DNA of 64,000 nucleotides from Octopus vulgaris (Eukaryota). The stretch is taken from NCBI GenBank assembly GCA_951406725.2, contig OX597821.1:54932001-54996000 (forward strand). The letters run 5' to 3'. Shown here piece by piece: positions 14,851 to 27,378 of this stretch (its first letter is position 1; each line of letters starts with the position of its first letter). A program made the position numbers and the translations under genes. The notes beneath the pieces were generated by a model that ran no database searches, was not told the DNA's origin, and saw only the letters and a list, made by a program, of their open reading frames with translations.

Positions 14851-15383
14851 ATGAGGAAGGACTATGCTGGCCTTTCTAGTGGGGTTGTTGAATGCAATTG
14901 ATGCATGTAATTCATCATCTTGAAATACCAGTGTAAGAAGTGTTCTTTGATATGGTAGTGGGAGTATGGAATACAGCACGGAGTGTATCTATGACGCATA
15001 TGTGGAATGGAATGTGGATGAATATGTGGAATGAAAATTTTTAGAGATGTTGTTTACAAATGAACATAGAGAGGAGCTGCATATTAGAAGAATCAGGTTT
15101 CTTTACACAGTGGACAGAATGTATTAGCAAACTCATAATATAAATGGTAGACAAAAATTGGTGGTTTAAGCTCTGTGTACTCTTAGTGGTTGTTGTCTTT
15201 GTGTAGCAGAAGCAGCTCAGATTTATTCTTTGGTTTGTTATATTAGAAGGAAGATTACTAAATATCGAATCTTTTATCATAAAACACTAATGTAAGAAAT
15301 ATCCTTTCATTAGCGTTTCATGATGGTTGATTCCGTGCTTTTTCTAAGATAGAAATCCACAATGTAGTTCTTCTATTTGATAT

Positions 15384-16506
15384 TTAACCTTTTAGCTTTC
15401 AGATTACTCTGCTAAAAGTAGTGCTTATTTATTTATTCAAGTTGTTTTGAATCAATCATACATTACCTTGTAGCTTTGAGATTTCAGTGATGTGATTCTT
15501 TGCTTTTAGAATGACATTGTAGGAGAGGCATGAGAGATCAGATCTGGTCAGTTTGGACATAAAACTCGCACAATATTTAGACCAGATATGGTTGCTTTAA
15601 ATATTGGGTCATCCCATAAATAATGCATTTTTTTTATACTTCATTTATTTTTCAAAATTAAGATAAACAAATTTCTTTTTTTATCTAAAATATAATCTCA
15701 TTCATTTTCTTCAACACTCTTCCATCTATCTAGTAGACTTGCAAGATCCCTCTTCCAAAATTCACTTGTCCGTGAGGAAAAATACTCCTCCACTACTGTT
15801 CTGACCTCATCTTTAGAATTCATATTTTTCCATTTAAATGGTTTTGAAGACTGCAGAATAAATGATAATCAGATGGAGTAATGTCCGGTCAATATGGTGG
15901 GTGGGGCATCATTTTCCATTCAAATTCCTCCAGCCTTTGTAATGTCATGTATGTGGCCAAGCATTATCCTGATGGAAGAACACCTTTCGTCTTGACACCA
16001 AAGATGGTCATTTTTCTTCTAACACAGACTTGAATGACTGGTTGAATTACAAAATCCAAGCTTCTCTGCTAGTTCCTCAACAGTTACAATGGGATTTTGT
16101 TCCATCAGGTTTTGCAGGACGTCCTTGTTAAGCTCTATAAATCTTCCAGGGCAAGACTCATCTCCTAGGCTGTAGTATCTGGCACAGAATTTCTGGAACC
16201 ACCGTTGACATTGGCTTATGCTTATTATTCAATCCCCATATACTGCATTAATATTCCTTGCACTTTCTGTTGTGTTATTATCTTTATTGAACTCATAAAG
16301 CAAAATATTTCGAACATGGTCTTTTGTCACTTTCATTATAGCTTTGAAAAAATAACTGTTAAAATTGAACAGCACTCTTCAAAACTTGCACAAAGTAAAA
16401 TTGCTGCCTGTTTTTATAGCAAGTTGATGCAGATAGTTTATCCTTTTAGTTCATGTACTTGAAAAAACTGCATTATTTATGGGATGACCCAATACTAAAG
16501 GGCTAA
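15384..16506. mobile_element. piggyBac-type MITE interrupted by a mariner
   Basis: TTAACCTTTTAGC start. The body matches the uninterrupted copy at 43633-43861, and the right end CTAAAGGG resumes at 16495. Confidence 0.75.
15604..16492 (-). mobile_element. mariner element, internally deleted
   Basis: TIRs TTGGGTCATCCCATAAATAATGCA / TGCATTATTTATGGGATGACCCAA with TA on both sides. The minus strand encodes QRWFQKF and PHPPY*PDITPSDYHLF (mariner YSPDLAPSDYHLF). Confidence 0.93.
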
Positions 16507-17984
16507 TATGATGTGGAGCTTCTGTCAAGCCAAGAAACTTTTTATTACATCTTAAGGCTAACATGTATTAAACAAAAGATCTAAATATTAAGTTCTTACA
16601 AGCATACTTCAAAATATTTATTTTGCCATTTTCTTTTCTTCCATGCAGGCTTCCTCCTAAGGAGTGATCTTTTCTGTGCAATAAATATTCTTATATTTTT
16701 AAGCTTTCTTACACAAATTCTGTTATGACAGAAATGAGACTAGCCATATAAGTCATTAATTCACATGCATACACACACACACACATCATATATACATAGC
16801 ATATCAAATTTTAATCAGTCTCATATGCTGAGCTATGTTTGGCTATTTATTAGAATTCATGACTAACTCATTCACTTCTCACTGATGCCAGCAACCATGA
16901 TAAAGTAATCATATTTTCCTTTATGTTTCATGCTTAGTTCTAGCTATTCATTCACTTCATCTCCATAATTTCAAAACCCATTTGTTACCCCTTTTCCCAT
17001 TTTGCTGATGACCATTTTTAAACTTAAATACATTTGACTTTACACAACACATTTTATTGATGTCATAAAAGGAAATAACTATGTACATTTATCTTCAAAA
17101 GTACATTTATAAAGCTTGCTTAGATTATTATTGCAAATTAAAATGTTTTACATTTATTATATTGGAATTTTCTCCTATTTTAACCTCTATCCTCAAACCA
17201 AAGACTGTAATTATTACTGCACTACTTAAGTAGCAGTGACTTAGTGCTCTCACATTATCATTTAAAATCTACTTTCTGTAACTACATGTTTTGACATTTA
17301 TCAAGATCTAAGATTGGAAAAGATCTATTTTTCTGATGTGCAGGAAATAAAAGGGAAAATGTTTATACAGTCAATTATTGATGTTACCGTTACAAAAATT
17401 TCTTTTAATCCTCTACTTAAATAGATTTAACTGTTTTCATATGATAGTGTGTATTGAAATAGATAAGATATTTTTCAAGTCTTATGTCCAGTGATATAGC
17501 AAGTTTTATTATTTTCATTCTCTGTTTATTACTTCAGGTGTTTATTGAAATATATATTATAAATCATTTACCTTCAGTCTAATTATTCTAATCTATTTAT
17601 GGTAATGTTTATTTACTCATATTAGAATTTATAAACCATTAAATTTTATTGATTCCAACTCCTTATATAAATTAATTTCTTATAGTTACCAGCAACTTAT
17701 TTACTGACTTCAAGACAATTTGTCTTCAACAAATTTAAATAATATATCAGTGACATGGCTTTCATGTTTATATTTAAATGCAGATGAAAATATAGGCCAA
17801 ATTTTAGACATAAGTACAGTACTTAAATTATTGAATATGAAATTATATAAACTATAAACATCTATACTGGATATACTTGTTAGTAGCTTTTCAGTGTTTA
17901 CATATCATTTATAAATAAATATAATTAATCAACAACTGATTTATAATGAATGTTTCAAAGAGTCCATACTGATCCATGGTCACG

Positions 17985-18432
17985 ATCATGATCATAAGGA
18001 TGATCATCATCATTTAACATCTGTTCTCCATGTTGGCATGGGTTGGACAGTTTGACAGATGTTGACCAACTGGAGAGTTGCCTGGGCTTCATGTCTGTCT
18101 TGGCATTGTTTCTACAGTGGATGCCCTACCTAACACCAACCACTTTACAGAGTGTACTGGGTGCTTTTATGCAACACCAGCATGGGTGTTTTTCACAAGG
18201 CACCAGTATCCATGAGTCCCTAAGTTTAGAATCACTCAGCTGAAGAGGGATGCAGAGGACATGCCTGCATGCAAAGACAACCATGATTTTATGTAGCTTG
18301 ACATGTCCTCTAAAAGCACGGCAAACTGCCAGCAATCTTGGTACTTTGTCATCCCTTCTGTGAGGCCCAATGTTTAAAGATATTTCCCCATCCCTTCATC
18401 TCATATCTTCCAGAGTTTTTACCTTCCACATT
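17985..18432 (-). mobile_element. RTE LINE 3' end
   Basis: (CAT)n tail on the + strand, shared 3' UTR, and a degenerate ORF C-terminus at ~18300-18430. Confidence 0.75.
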
Positions 18433-18787
18433 TTAAATATAACTTAAGATAAATAATTCAGTTATGATTTAATTAAAGTACTTGTTTAACTTATATCAAT
18501 TACTAAAACAATTTTGCTTGTAAATTATTAAGCAATATTACTATATATATGATATGATCTTATAATTAAGAGTTAAATTAAAGTTGATTTTAGAATTTTC
18601 CTTATTGTCCATAAAGCTTCTTCAGTGTTATAGTTTAGTTTTTCCAGTAATGATGTCATGGTTCCCAGCTGCTAAATTCTATGAAATAAAAACAGTCTCA
18701 TTCTTCTTTTGTAATTCAATATTTCTATAGTTTGTAAAGAAGTTATCATTAAAGCTTTTTGGTAACAATAAACATGCTATATATATA

Positions 18788-18833
<46 letters not shown>

Positions 18834-19349
18834 TGACTTTTAAGTTATCTCTACAAATTTACTATAAAATTTAGAGCCAGTACTGAAAGTTACAAGATTT
18901 TGTATATGAATATGTCTATGTAAACAATGCAATGTATATGCATATTTCAGGAGTTATTGCTCAGTGTTCAAATGGTACTTATTTTATCGATCTCCAAAAT
19001 ATGAAAGGCGAAGTCAGTCTTAGCAGCATTTGAAGAGCCAGAAGGAATGCTGCCTTGCATTTTGTCCTGTACAGTAATGATTCTGCTAACTCACTACCTT
19101 GCTTTCAAATTTAGTAATATACATTCAGAAGACAAAATTAAGTTAGATCAAATGAGATCAAAGTTTGAATGTTCCTTTCTAAGTATATGCCTAATACATA
19201 GATTTATCAGACCTACAGTGAGCATGCTGAAAAATAATTCTCATACACAACACAGCTTGATTTGTGTTACCCTGCAATTTTCATTATACTGATTAGGAAT
19301 TTTTTTCAGCCTTGTGTTTTATATAACTGTTTCACAGGAGTACAATAAT

Positions 19350-19730
19350 CTCATGGAAAATGTGATCTTATCTGTGAACCTAAAACCGGAACATATAATA
19401 AAGTTAGAGGCTGGTGTTCTAGTGGTGAAACTCAGTGAAGTGTATTGCACTAAAAATATTTTCAGACATTTGCAAGGCTCAGGACAAACTCACTAAATCT
19501 TCATCAGAATATAATATAATGCTGATGCAAGTGATAAATCATTTCATGATGCAAGGAACATATGAGAGATGCAAAAGAAATTTCCATGGTTTAGAAATTC
19601 AAAATACTACTTTCCAAGCTAGCTAAGCATATGGATATCAAGAATTTCAAAGCTAGTATTGGGAGGGTGTAGAGATTTAGAAATCACCATGGAATGGGTA
19701 ATAGAGATTCAAGGCAAGCGATTCTGATCA
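19350..19730 (+). mobile_element. Tigger/Jerky (CENP-B-type HTH) transposase N-terminal remnant
   Basis: IIKLEAGVLVVKLSEVY, SDICKAQDKL and FKASIGRV*RFRNHHG (consensus FKAS.GWL.RF..RHG). Confidence 0.75.
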
Positions 19731-20033
19731 TAAACTTTAGAGGATAGAAAAAAAAAATGATATCAAAGACAATGACATCACAGCTTGATACCAAATACCA
19801 GCATTGGGGATATAGTGAAGGCTTGGAAATTGTAAAGAGGAGTAAGTCCAAAAGGATGAAAATCAAACTTTATGCTGACAGGACGTGAACTTAGAACATA
19901 AAGAATAAGAAGAACTAGTGTAAGACATTCTGTTCAAGTTACTAATGGTTCTGCCAATCTACCAGCCTTCAGAAATGTTTAAATAATTTAAATGTCTTAA
20001 CAGAATTTTTATTATTTATTATTTTTTTTTTAG

Positions 20034-20715
20034 GTTAAATGAGTTTGCACTTTTTGACAATCAAATAACTCTCTGCACAACATAGAACAGCATCTTTGAT
20101 ATTATTCTGATTGATATTACTGGAAAGAAAGATGAAAAAATTCTGAAGTTATTATCTAGAATACAGATTGTAAGTATTTTCGATGAGTGTTCCTAAAGCA
20201 TAGAGTTGAAAACTATCAAGTACATTGAGAACTATAATTTCTTTGGATCCGTATGGTTTAAGCATCAAAGATTACAATTGTACAAAAAAAAAAAAAAAAA
20301 GGATGATTCTTTACACAACCCGATTTTTCTGCTTTGAATTTCTTTGAAAATGTTTGTCTGATTTATATTTTAAACAGCTGAGATTATGATTCTTCAAAAA
20401 CATACATAAATCAGAAAAGAAATTCCTGTAAAAAGTCAAATTACAAAGTAGAGAGCAAAATCCCTATACTTTGGGAATACCTTCTTGATATTCTTCAATA
20501 CAATTCATTTCTTTTATCTAACATCATTATGTCATGTAATGATCAAGAATTGAATGTGTGAAGATGTGTGGAATTTTTTCCTTCTGAACGAAAATAATAA
20601 CCACAATAATTTTTCAGTTTTGATAAATATTAACATAATTATGACATCTGCCCATTACCAAATTTTGCAAATAAATACAAATTCAGGAAGATCTAAACCC
20701 TGCTTCAAATATTAA
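20034..20715 (+). pseudogene. Possible decayed ETS-family (PNT+ETS-like) gene fragment
   Basis: Exon-like 20034-20169 (poly-T-AG acceptor, GTAAGT donor) has one in-frame TAG. The downstream frame reads ILWEYLLDILQ (20466-20498), like the ETS LWEFLLxLL start. Stops and frameshifts follow. Confidence 0.35.
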
Positions 20716-20725
20716 CCTATACAAA

Positions 20726-20763
<38 letters not shown>

Positions 20764-20766
20764 ATA

Positions 20767-21659
20767 CGTAGTTCGATCAATAAGTATCCAGACTGTTGCC
20801 TTAGTAACGAAGCTAAAGCCTGCAGAGTGAAACTGTTTGGCACAGAGTGACCTTGGACTTTGATGTGTAAGCGCATTAAGTTTTAACAACATTCTAGCTT
20901 ACTTCCGTTGTTTACAGCAGTGCTTGGAAGGAAAGTGTGTAGGGTGTGATCATCACATTGACCATGACAGAGAAAGTCGAGCTGAGAATCTACATCAAAT
21001 TTTGCCAAAAGCTTGGTGATACCTGCTCAGAGGCCTACACAAAGTTTCCAAAGTGTTTTCATTGTCTCAACACTATCAAGAAGATCTTGCGCAACTGAAA
21101 CCTGAGTGTCATTTTGGTTAGCCGAAAGCAGTTTTGGCACAAATTTGGCAGACACATGACTCATCCCCAAATCTTCAGTGATAATAGATCAAACTGAACC
21201 GTAACTAATTTGCACATCCTCTGATAACTCACAAATGGTGATTCGAAAATTTCCATCACAGCTGCCCACACAGCCATGATGTTTTTCTCAGTTCTGTTGG
21301 TTGCGGGTATCCCAGAATGTTTGACAATATAATTTTTTCCGACTATCTTGGAAACGTCTGAACCACCTGTACACTTGTGGGCAGCTCATACACTCTTCTC
21401 CCAACACTTTCTTCAATTCTGCATAGCACTCTCAGCAGATATCACCATGACAACTTTCTCTGCCATTGTCAATGCAATGATCACATGCTACACACCTTCC
21501 TTCTAAGAACTGTTGTAAACAGCAGAAGTGAGCTACAATGTTAAAACTTAGTGCACATGTACAGCAGGGTTTAAGATCAATCTTTGCCAAGCAGTTTTAC
21601 TCTGCATGCTTTAGCTTCATTACTATGGCAACAGTCTAGATACTTATTGATCAGACCTC

Positions 21660-21660
<1 letters not shown>
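20767..21660. mobile_element. mariner-derived foldback element with two 5' ends
   Basis: ~210-bp imperfect inverted arms flanked by TA. The + strand reads MTEKVELRIYIKFCQKLG. The - strand reads VYRWFRRF, IITEDLGMSHVSAKFVPKLL. Confidence 0.9.
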
Positions 21661-21745
<85 letters not shown>

Positions 21746-21747
<2 letters not shown>

Positions 21748-22210
21748 CTCTTTAATTGTTTCAGCCATTGGACTGTGGCTATACTGGATCAACAGCTTTA
21801 AGAGTTTTGTTGAACAACTCAACCCCAGTACTATTTTTTAATGTCTAGTATCTATTTTGTTCATAACCTTTTGCTGAACCACTACGTTACAAGGAGCATA
21901 AACAAACCAACATTGGTTGTCAGGTGATGGTAGGGAATAAACACAAACGTAAAAACACATACACATGTTTGTGTGTGCATGTGTGTGTATGTGTGTAAAC
22001 CTACTATGTAGGTTTACATACATGAACATGGTAAATTTAACTGTATACATGACAGAATACTTTTAGTTTCTGTCTATCAAATTCGCTCACAAGGCTTTGG
22101 CTGGCCCAGGGCAATAGTAAAAGACAGTTGCCCAAGATGGTATGCAGTGGAACTGAACTTGGAACCATGAGGTTGAGAAGCAAGTTTCTTATCACAAAGC
22201 CACACCTATG
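21746..22210 (-). mobile_element. SINE family A copy (diverged)
   Basis: Reverse-complement match to both halves. Confidence 0.8.
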
Positions 22211-22229
22211 CTTGGTATATACACACACA

Positions 22230-22266
<37 letters not shown>

Positions 22267-23099
22267 GTATGCATGTATATATATATATATATATATATAT
22301 TTCTTTATTGCCCACATGGGGTTAAACATAGATGGGACAAACAAGGACAGACAGAGGGATTAAGTCGATTACATCGACTCCAGTGCGAAACTAGTACTTT
22401 ATTTATCGACCCCGAAAGGATGAAAGGCAAAGTCGACCTCGGGTATATATATTTATATATATACATAGCTGGTCTTATACTCCACTGTATTTAATACTAT
22501 ATATATGTATATATACACACATACACACATATTTTCCATTTGGAAAGAGTTATAAATGATGTTTGTTTATGTCCCCAAAGATATTTTTTTCTGCCAACAC
22601 CAATTTCTAGCATTCTTGATAGGTTTACATTTTTTCAATGGTTGAATTTTAGAGTTTACAAAAAGAAAAAAAAAATTGTGTTTTTGCTGATGTTAAATCG
22701 CCATGGTAGCATATGAGCTGATGATATTTTAGCTTACTTAAGCTACATTCTTTTTTACTAGCTTCAGAACAGCTCTGTATGTGTGTGTGTGTGTGTGTTG
22801 GTTGTCTCCCAAATAAATATAACAATGCTGGTTTTAACATAAAGTTTCATACTTTTGTATTTTTGCTAACTAAATTTAAAGTCACAAGATTGCAAGCTTT
22901 AGCCAGGCTAGCAGAAAAACTGAGAAAGACTGTATTTTATTGGCTAAAGAAAAAAGTAGCATCTAAACAAAATCACTTCATAAAAAACAGTATCTTATCT
23001 GGAATGTATACAAACCCCATCAACTTAGATGTAAGCAAGCCTATCTCAAAACACCAAGCCGAAAAATTAAAGTATATAATATTACTTAATGCAAAAAAG

Positions 23100-23945
23100 A
23101 AAAAGAAAAAAGACAATCTATCCTGAGATAAAAGGAAAAGAATCCTTCTCCATGAAATTAAAGGCATCCTCACTCCATTGAAGATGAACACATTCCTCTA
23201 TGTTATTCAATGAGAATAGTGCTACATAAGTGACAGTTGCAGCAGGCATTTCTGTTACAATCTAAAATGAATGAAGCAACACTATCAACGCCATCATCAC
23301 TCAGTCAGAAAGAAATGGAGATATCCTAAAAGCAATGATGGAATTTTTATGGTTGATAGTACACTACCTTACAATTTTAACACAAACACACAAACTGAAA
23401 ATACCAATAGAAACACTCAGGTAAACACTTATTGTGTTATACAAGTGGACAAGGAAGAAACATCTGCTTTAAGATTATCACCAACTTAGGCCTTATCCCA
23501 CCAAAGAAATTAATAATATTGAATGTATATCTGAAATTGAAAAACTCTTTCACACAAGTTTGATGGAAATTAAGAAAAAGCAGTAACAACAATAACTCAC
23601 CCAGGAATACAGATTGTGGATTCTAACCTGATTGCTGACACAGAAGAAGGAAGAGTAATACCCATCAAAATTCCATCTACAATATTTCAAGCAAATCATA
23701 TGATGTGATTTACATATATTTCCCTAACCTACCATTTAATAAAAGAGTTTGCATCCAACCATTTGCAGATAAAGAAACAAAAGCAAAATTTATACTGGCT
23801 GTAATGAAAACTAAGATAGATTCTGAGACAATACAGTAGAAAACAAAATGATGGGAGCCCACTAACTCAATATCAGAGTCAGAAATGGCTAACAAAAATT
23901 GACAGAGTGCAATTAAAAAGAGGGAAATAGTATGTTCTCTCACAG
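23100..23945 (+). mobile_element. Highly decayed Penelope-like RT remnant
   Basis: Scattered residues (NLS..; FDG; SLHPTI; ending ..CS) in an order reminiscent of PLE RT. No continuous frame. Confidence 0.35.
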
Positions 23946-24099
23946 AAAAGTCAGGTAGAATACCAATGTCTTGTATAGGGGGCTTTTAAGCCAATTTTGA
24001 TGGATAATCCATTTTTCAGTTGACTTCTAGTCAGCCTTGTAGAAGTTCAGACTAGATGGGGTTTGGGTGTCATCTGTGTGGAATACATCATTAATTAAT

Positions 24100-25070
24100 T
24101 TTAGGCCATACATCGTCAGTTCTATCATGTGATCTGAGAAGATTCTCAGTGATATCATCACATTGTGGATAAGTTCTATATTGTTGGTTAAGCAAGGTCT
24201 AATATGTTATTGTTTCTGTCTGAGGAGAGTATAGTTTGCTCTATAAAAGCATTCTCATGAGATCAGATAAAGATTCTGCTTGATTGCATGAGCATACAGC
24301 TTGTTAGTGGTCTTCTCCACTTCAGGTCTATATTGTGGCACAACTCACTCCAGCTATGGTTTTATCCTCTCTTCTTCTTTAAGTGAAGGGTGCTTCTTAC
24401 CACGGGTTCTATTATGCCTGAGATTTGGGTTTGCAAAGTGACAGTTTATCCCCTTCTCTCCATGCCAGCAAACATCTTTGTGATAGAATTTACAAACAGT
24501 ATTCATTTCACACACCATTTTTTTCTTTTGCTGTTCCTTTCTGTAGTTTTCTCTTTCACTCTGAACTCTGTTTCATTAAGCTTTTAGTTGGTTCCTTTAT
24601 CTTTCCCATTGTTTTCAGAGGTGGTGTTGAGACTGCTTTTCTTAGGAGCTTTTATTTTATTTCGTTTTCAATATTTTTTTATCGCTGTGACTATGAATAT
24701 CCTTGTTGATGGTTGCTTTCTTTATTGGGTCATCCACATGATGTTTCAACATTGGTACTTTTCTCTGAGTCAAGTGCTTCAGTTGAGGATTCACCATTTT
24801 CAAAATTAGTATCTAGTTTGTCCAAGTATGGCCTGATGAGTGCATAGGAGTTAATAAGTTGACTTCTTTTTGCTCAATTTGTACCACAGATCAGCTAAAT
24901 CCATTATCTTTCAGGGTTGCTGCAATAAGGCTTTTGGGTGAATCATTTCCAGCTATTACCCAAGCTCTGAGAAGCAGTTCAATCTCAGTAGTCTTCCAGT
25001 TTCTCGACATATTTGCTGCAATATTTACTTCCTTCTTTGTGGTGTGTGGTTGTACATGTAATTTGTTTCT
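24100..25070 (-). mobile_element. CR1/L2-type LINE 5' remnant (ORF1 plus APE endonuclease C-terminus)
   Basis: The minus strand reads a Myb/SANT-like WKTTEIELLLRAW, a CCCH-finger-like VCKFYHKDVCWHGEKGINCHFANP (~24425-24500) and APE motifs NNILDL and FSDH (~24130-24212). Confidence 0.75.
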
Positions 25071-25073
25071 AGG

Positions 25074-25118
<45 letters not shown>

Positions 25119-25119
25119 A

Positions 25120-25640
25120 ATGATGGTGATATGAGAGGAGAGATGGGTGAATAAGATTAGAGAGGAAAGAGAATAATTAGAGGGTAAGAGAGGAGAGCAA
25201 GTGGAAAGTGGGAGAGGAGAGCAAGTGGAAAGTGGGAGAGGAGAGCAAGTGGAGGGTGAGAAAGAGGCACAAATGAATATGTGAGGACAAAGGGAGAAGG
25301 TGAGTGGGGAAGTCGACTGAGACAGAAAGAAGAGCAAGTGGAAAGGGAGAGAAGAAATTTAGTGATTATATGAGGGGATAGAGAGAGGAGAAGCAGGGAG
25401 TTGAATGCACGAAGGGGAAGATGAGTAGATTGAGAGGAGAGGGAAGAGCAGGTGGAAGTCAAAGGGAAGAATAACTGGAGGGAGAGGGAGAAAGTGGGAG
25501 AGAGAGAGGAGGAGGATAAATTGGGGAAAGTAGAGATTTAGTGGCTATATGAGAGTATAGAAAAGGGAGAAGTAGAATGGAATTAGAGTGCATGAAGGGA
25601 AGGGTGAGTAGATTGAGAGGGAAGGAGAGGTGAAGACAGA
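25120..25640. repeat. Purine-rich diverged minisatellite
   Basis: 24-bp GAGGAGAGCAAGTGGAAAGTGGGA repeats, plus a ~178-bp higher-order similarity (25353 vs 25531). Confidence 0.75.
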
Positions 25641-26085
25641 AATATTCAACATAGAAAGCAATCTTATTAGAACAGATATGGAAGGATAAATACAAACCTA
25701 TATGTGTATACACACACAAACACATACACACACATACATATTTATATACACAGTAGAATGAGACTGAGAGAGAAAAGAGAGAGAGAGGGGGGAGATACTC
25801 AAAGTACAGAGCAATCCTAGGAGAGTAGAGATAGAAGGATGTGTATATATTACATAAATATAACTATATACATACACAGTATACATGTATATATAAGGAG
25901 ATAGAGAGAGCGATGAGTGAGGTGTTAGAGAGAGAGATGGGGAGAAAATAAAAGGTATTTTAAATGTGTATTGATTGATTTGCTTTCACAGAAATAATTT
26001 TGAGGAACATATTTCTTCAAAGCAGGATCATAGAGAATTCTCAAAAACTATATAGATATATATATAAACAGACAGACAGACAGGT

Positions 26086-26218
<133 letters not shown>

Positions 26219-26439
26219 TTTTCAGGATGATGGAAAGGAAGAATACGTGTTATTACTGTGCTAAATTTGAAAATACCTGAAATATATTTAGCTTATTCGT
26301 TTACAAAAGGTATCTAATTTAAGTTAGTGTTATATTTACCTAATCCACAATAATGCCATACATATAAACAGAGACATTTGTGATATGATTTTAGGGACTC
26401 TTTATTGCTTAGATGGATAATTGTTCTTCAGCACAGCCA

Positions 26440-26975
26440 ATCACTAGCTATCTTGGCACTTTGTCATCTCCACAGTGAGTTTCAGGCTCAAGAGGTCATG
26501 CATCACTACTTCATCCCATGACTAGCTTGGTCACCTTCCTTCACAGGTTCCATCCACATTAGCAATCCTCTTCCATATACATCACATGACCATACCAGCA
26601 CTGTTCTCTGTCTTGCACACTACGTCTAATACATTTATGCACAATTTTCTCTTGAACACATTTGCACTTTGTTGTACACGTGCACTGATATTGCCCATCA
26701 TGCAAAGCATGGTAGTTTTGTTTCCTTCAAGCTTTTGTATGTCCATAGAATTCACAGTTCACGTTTCACTAACATTTCTTGATCATTTACAAACATCATA
26801 CAATCTACAATTTTCAGTGTGAAAGATTGTGGCCTTTTGTTGCCAACAGCAGTAAAAGCTCTTTGAACTTTCTCCATCTAATTCTAATTCAAGCAACTAA
26901 ACTTTCAGATCTTCCTCCTCCCTGGTTAATTAGATCACTCAAGTAAAAAGAAGTCTTAGGAACCTCCAGGGCATT
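26440..26975 (-). mobile_element. RTE LINE ORF C-terminal remnant
   Basis: The minus strand reads GGG.SES.VA.IRI, WYGHVM and VDGTC..SWDEVV. Confidence 0.8.
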
Positions 26976-26985
26976 TGAGAAAATC

Positions 26986-27019
<34 letters not shown>

Positions 27020-27242
27020 CATACATACATACATACATTCATTCATACATACATTCATACATACATACATTCATACATACATACATACATTCATACATAC
27101 ATACATACATTCATACATACATACATTCATACATACATAAATACATACATACATACATACATCATCATCATCAGCATCATCATTTAGCGTCCGTTTTCCA
27201 TGCTAGCATGGGTTGGATATACATATATATATATATATATAC

Positions 27243-27291
<49 letters not shown>

Positions 27292-27330
27292 CATATATAT
27301 ACATATATATATACATATATATACATCTAC

Positions 27331-27361
<31 letters not shown>

Positions 27362-27378
27362 TCTACATATATATACAT

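Noticed and set aside
16649-16690. Splice acceptor followed by AATAAA (possible terminal exon)
   Set aside because: Common by chance in AT-rich DNA, with no supporting upstream exon.
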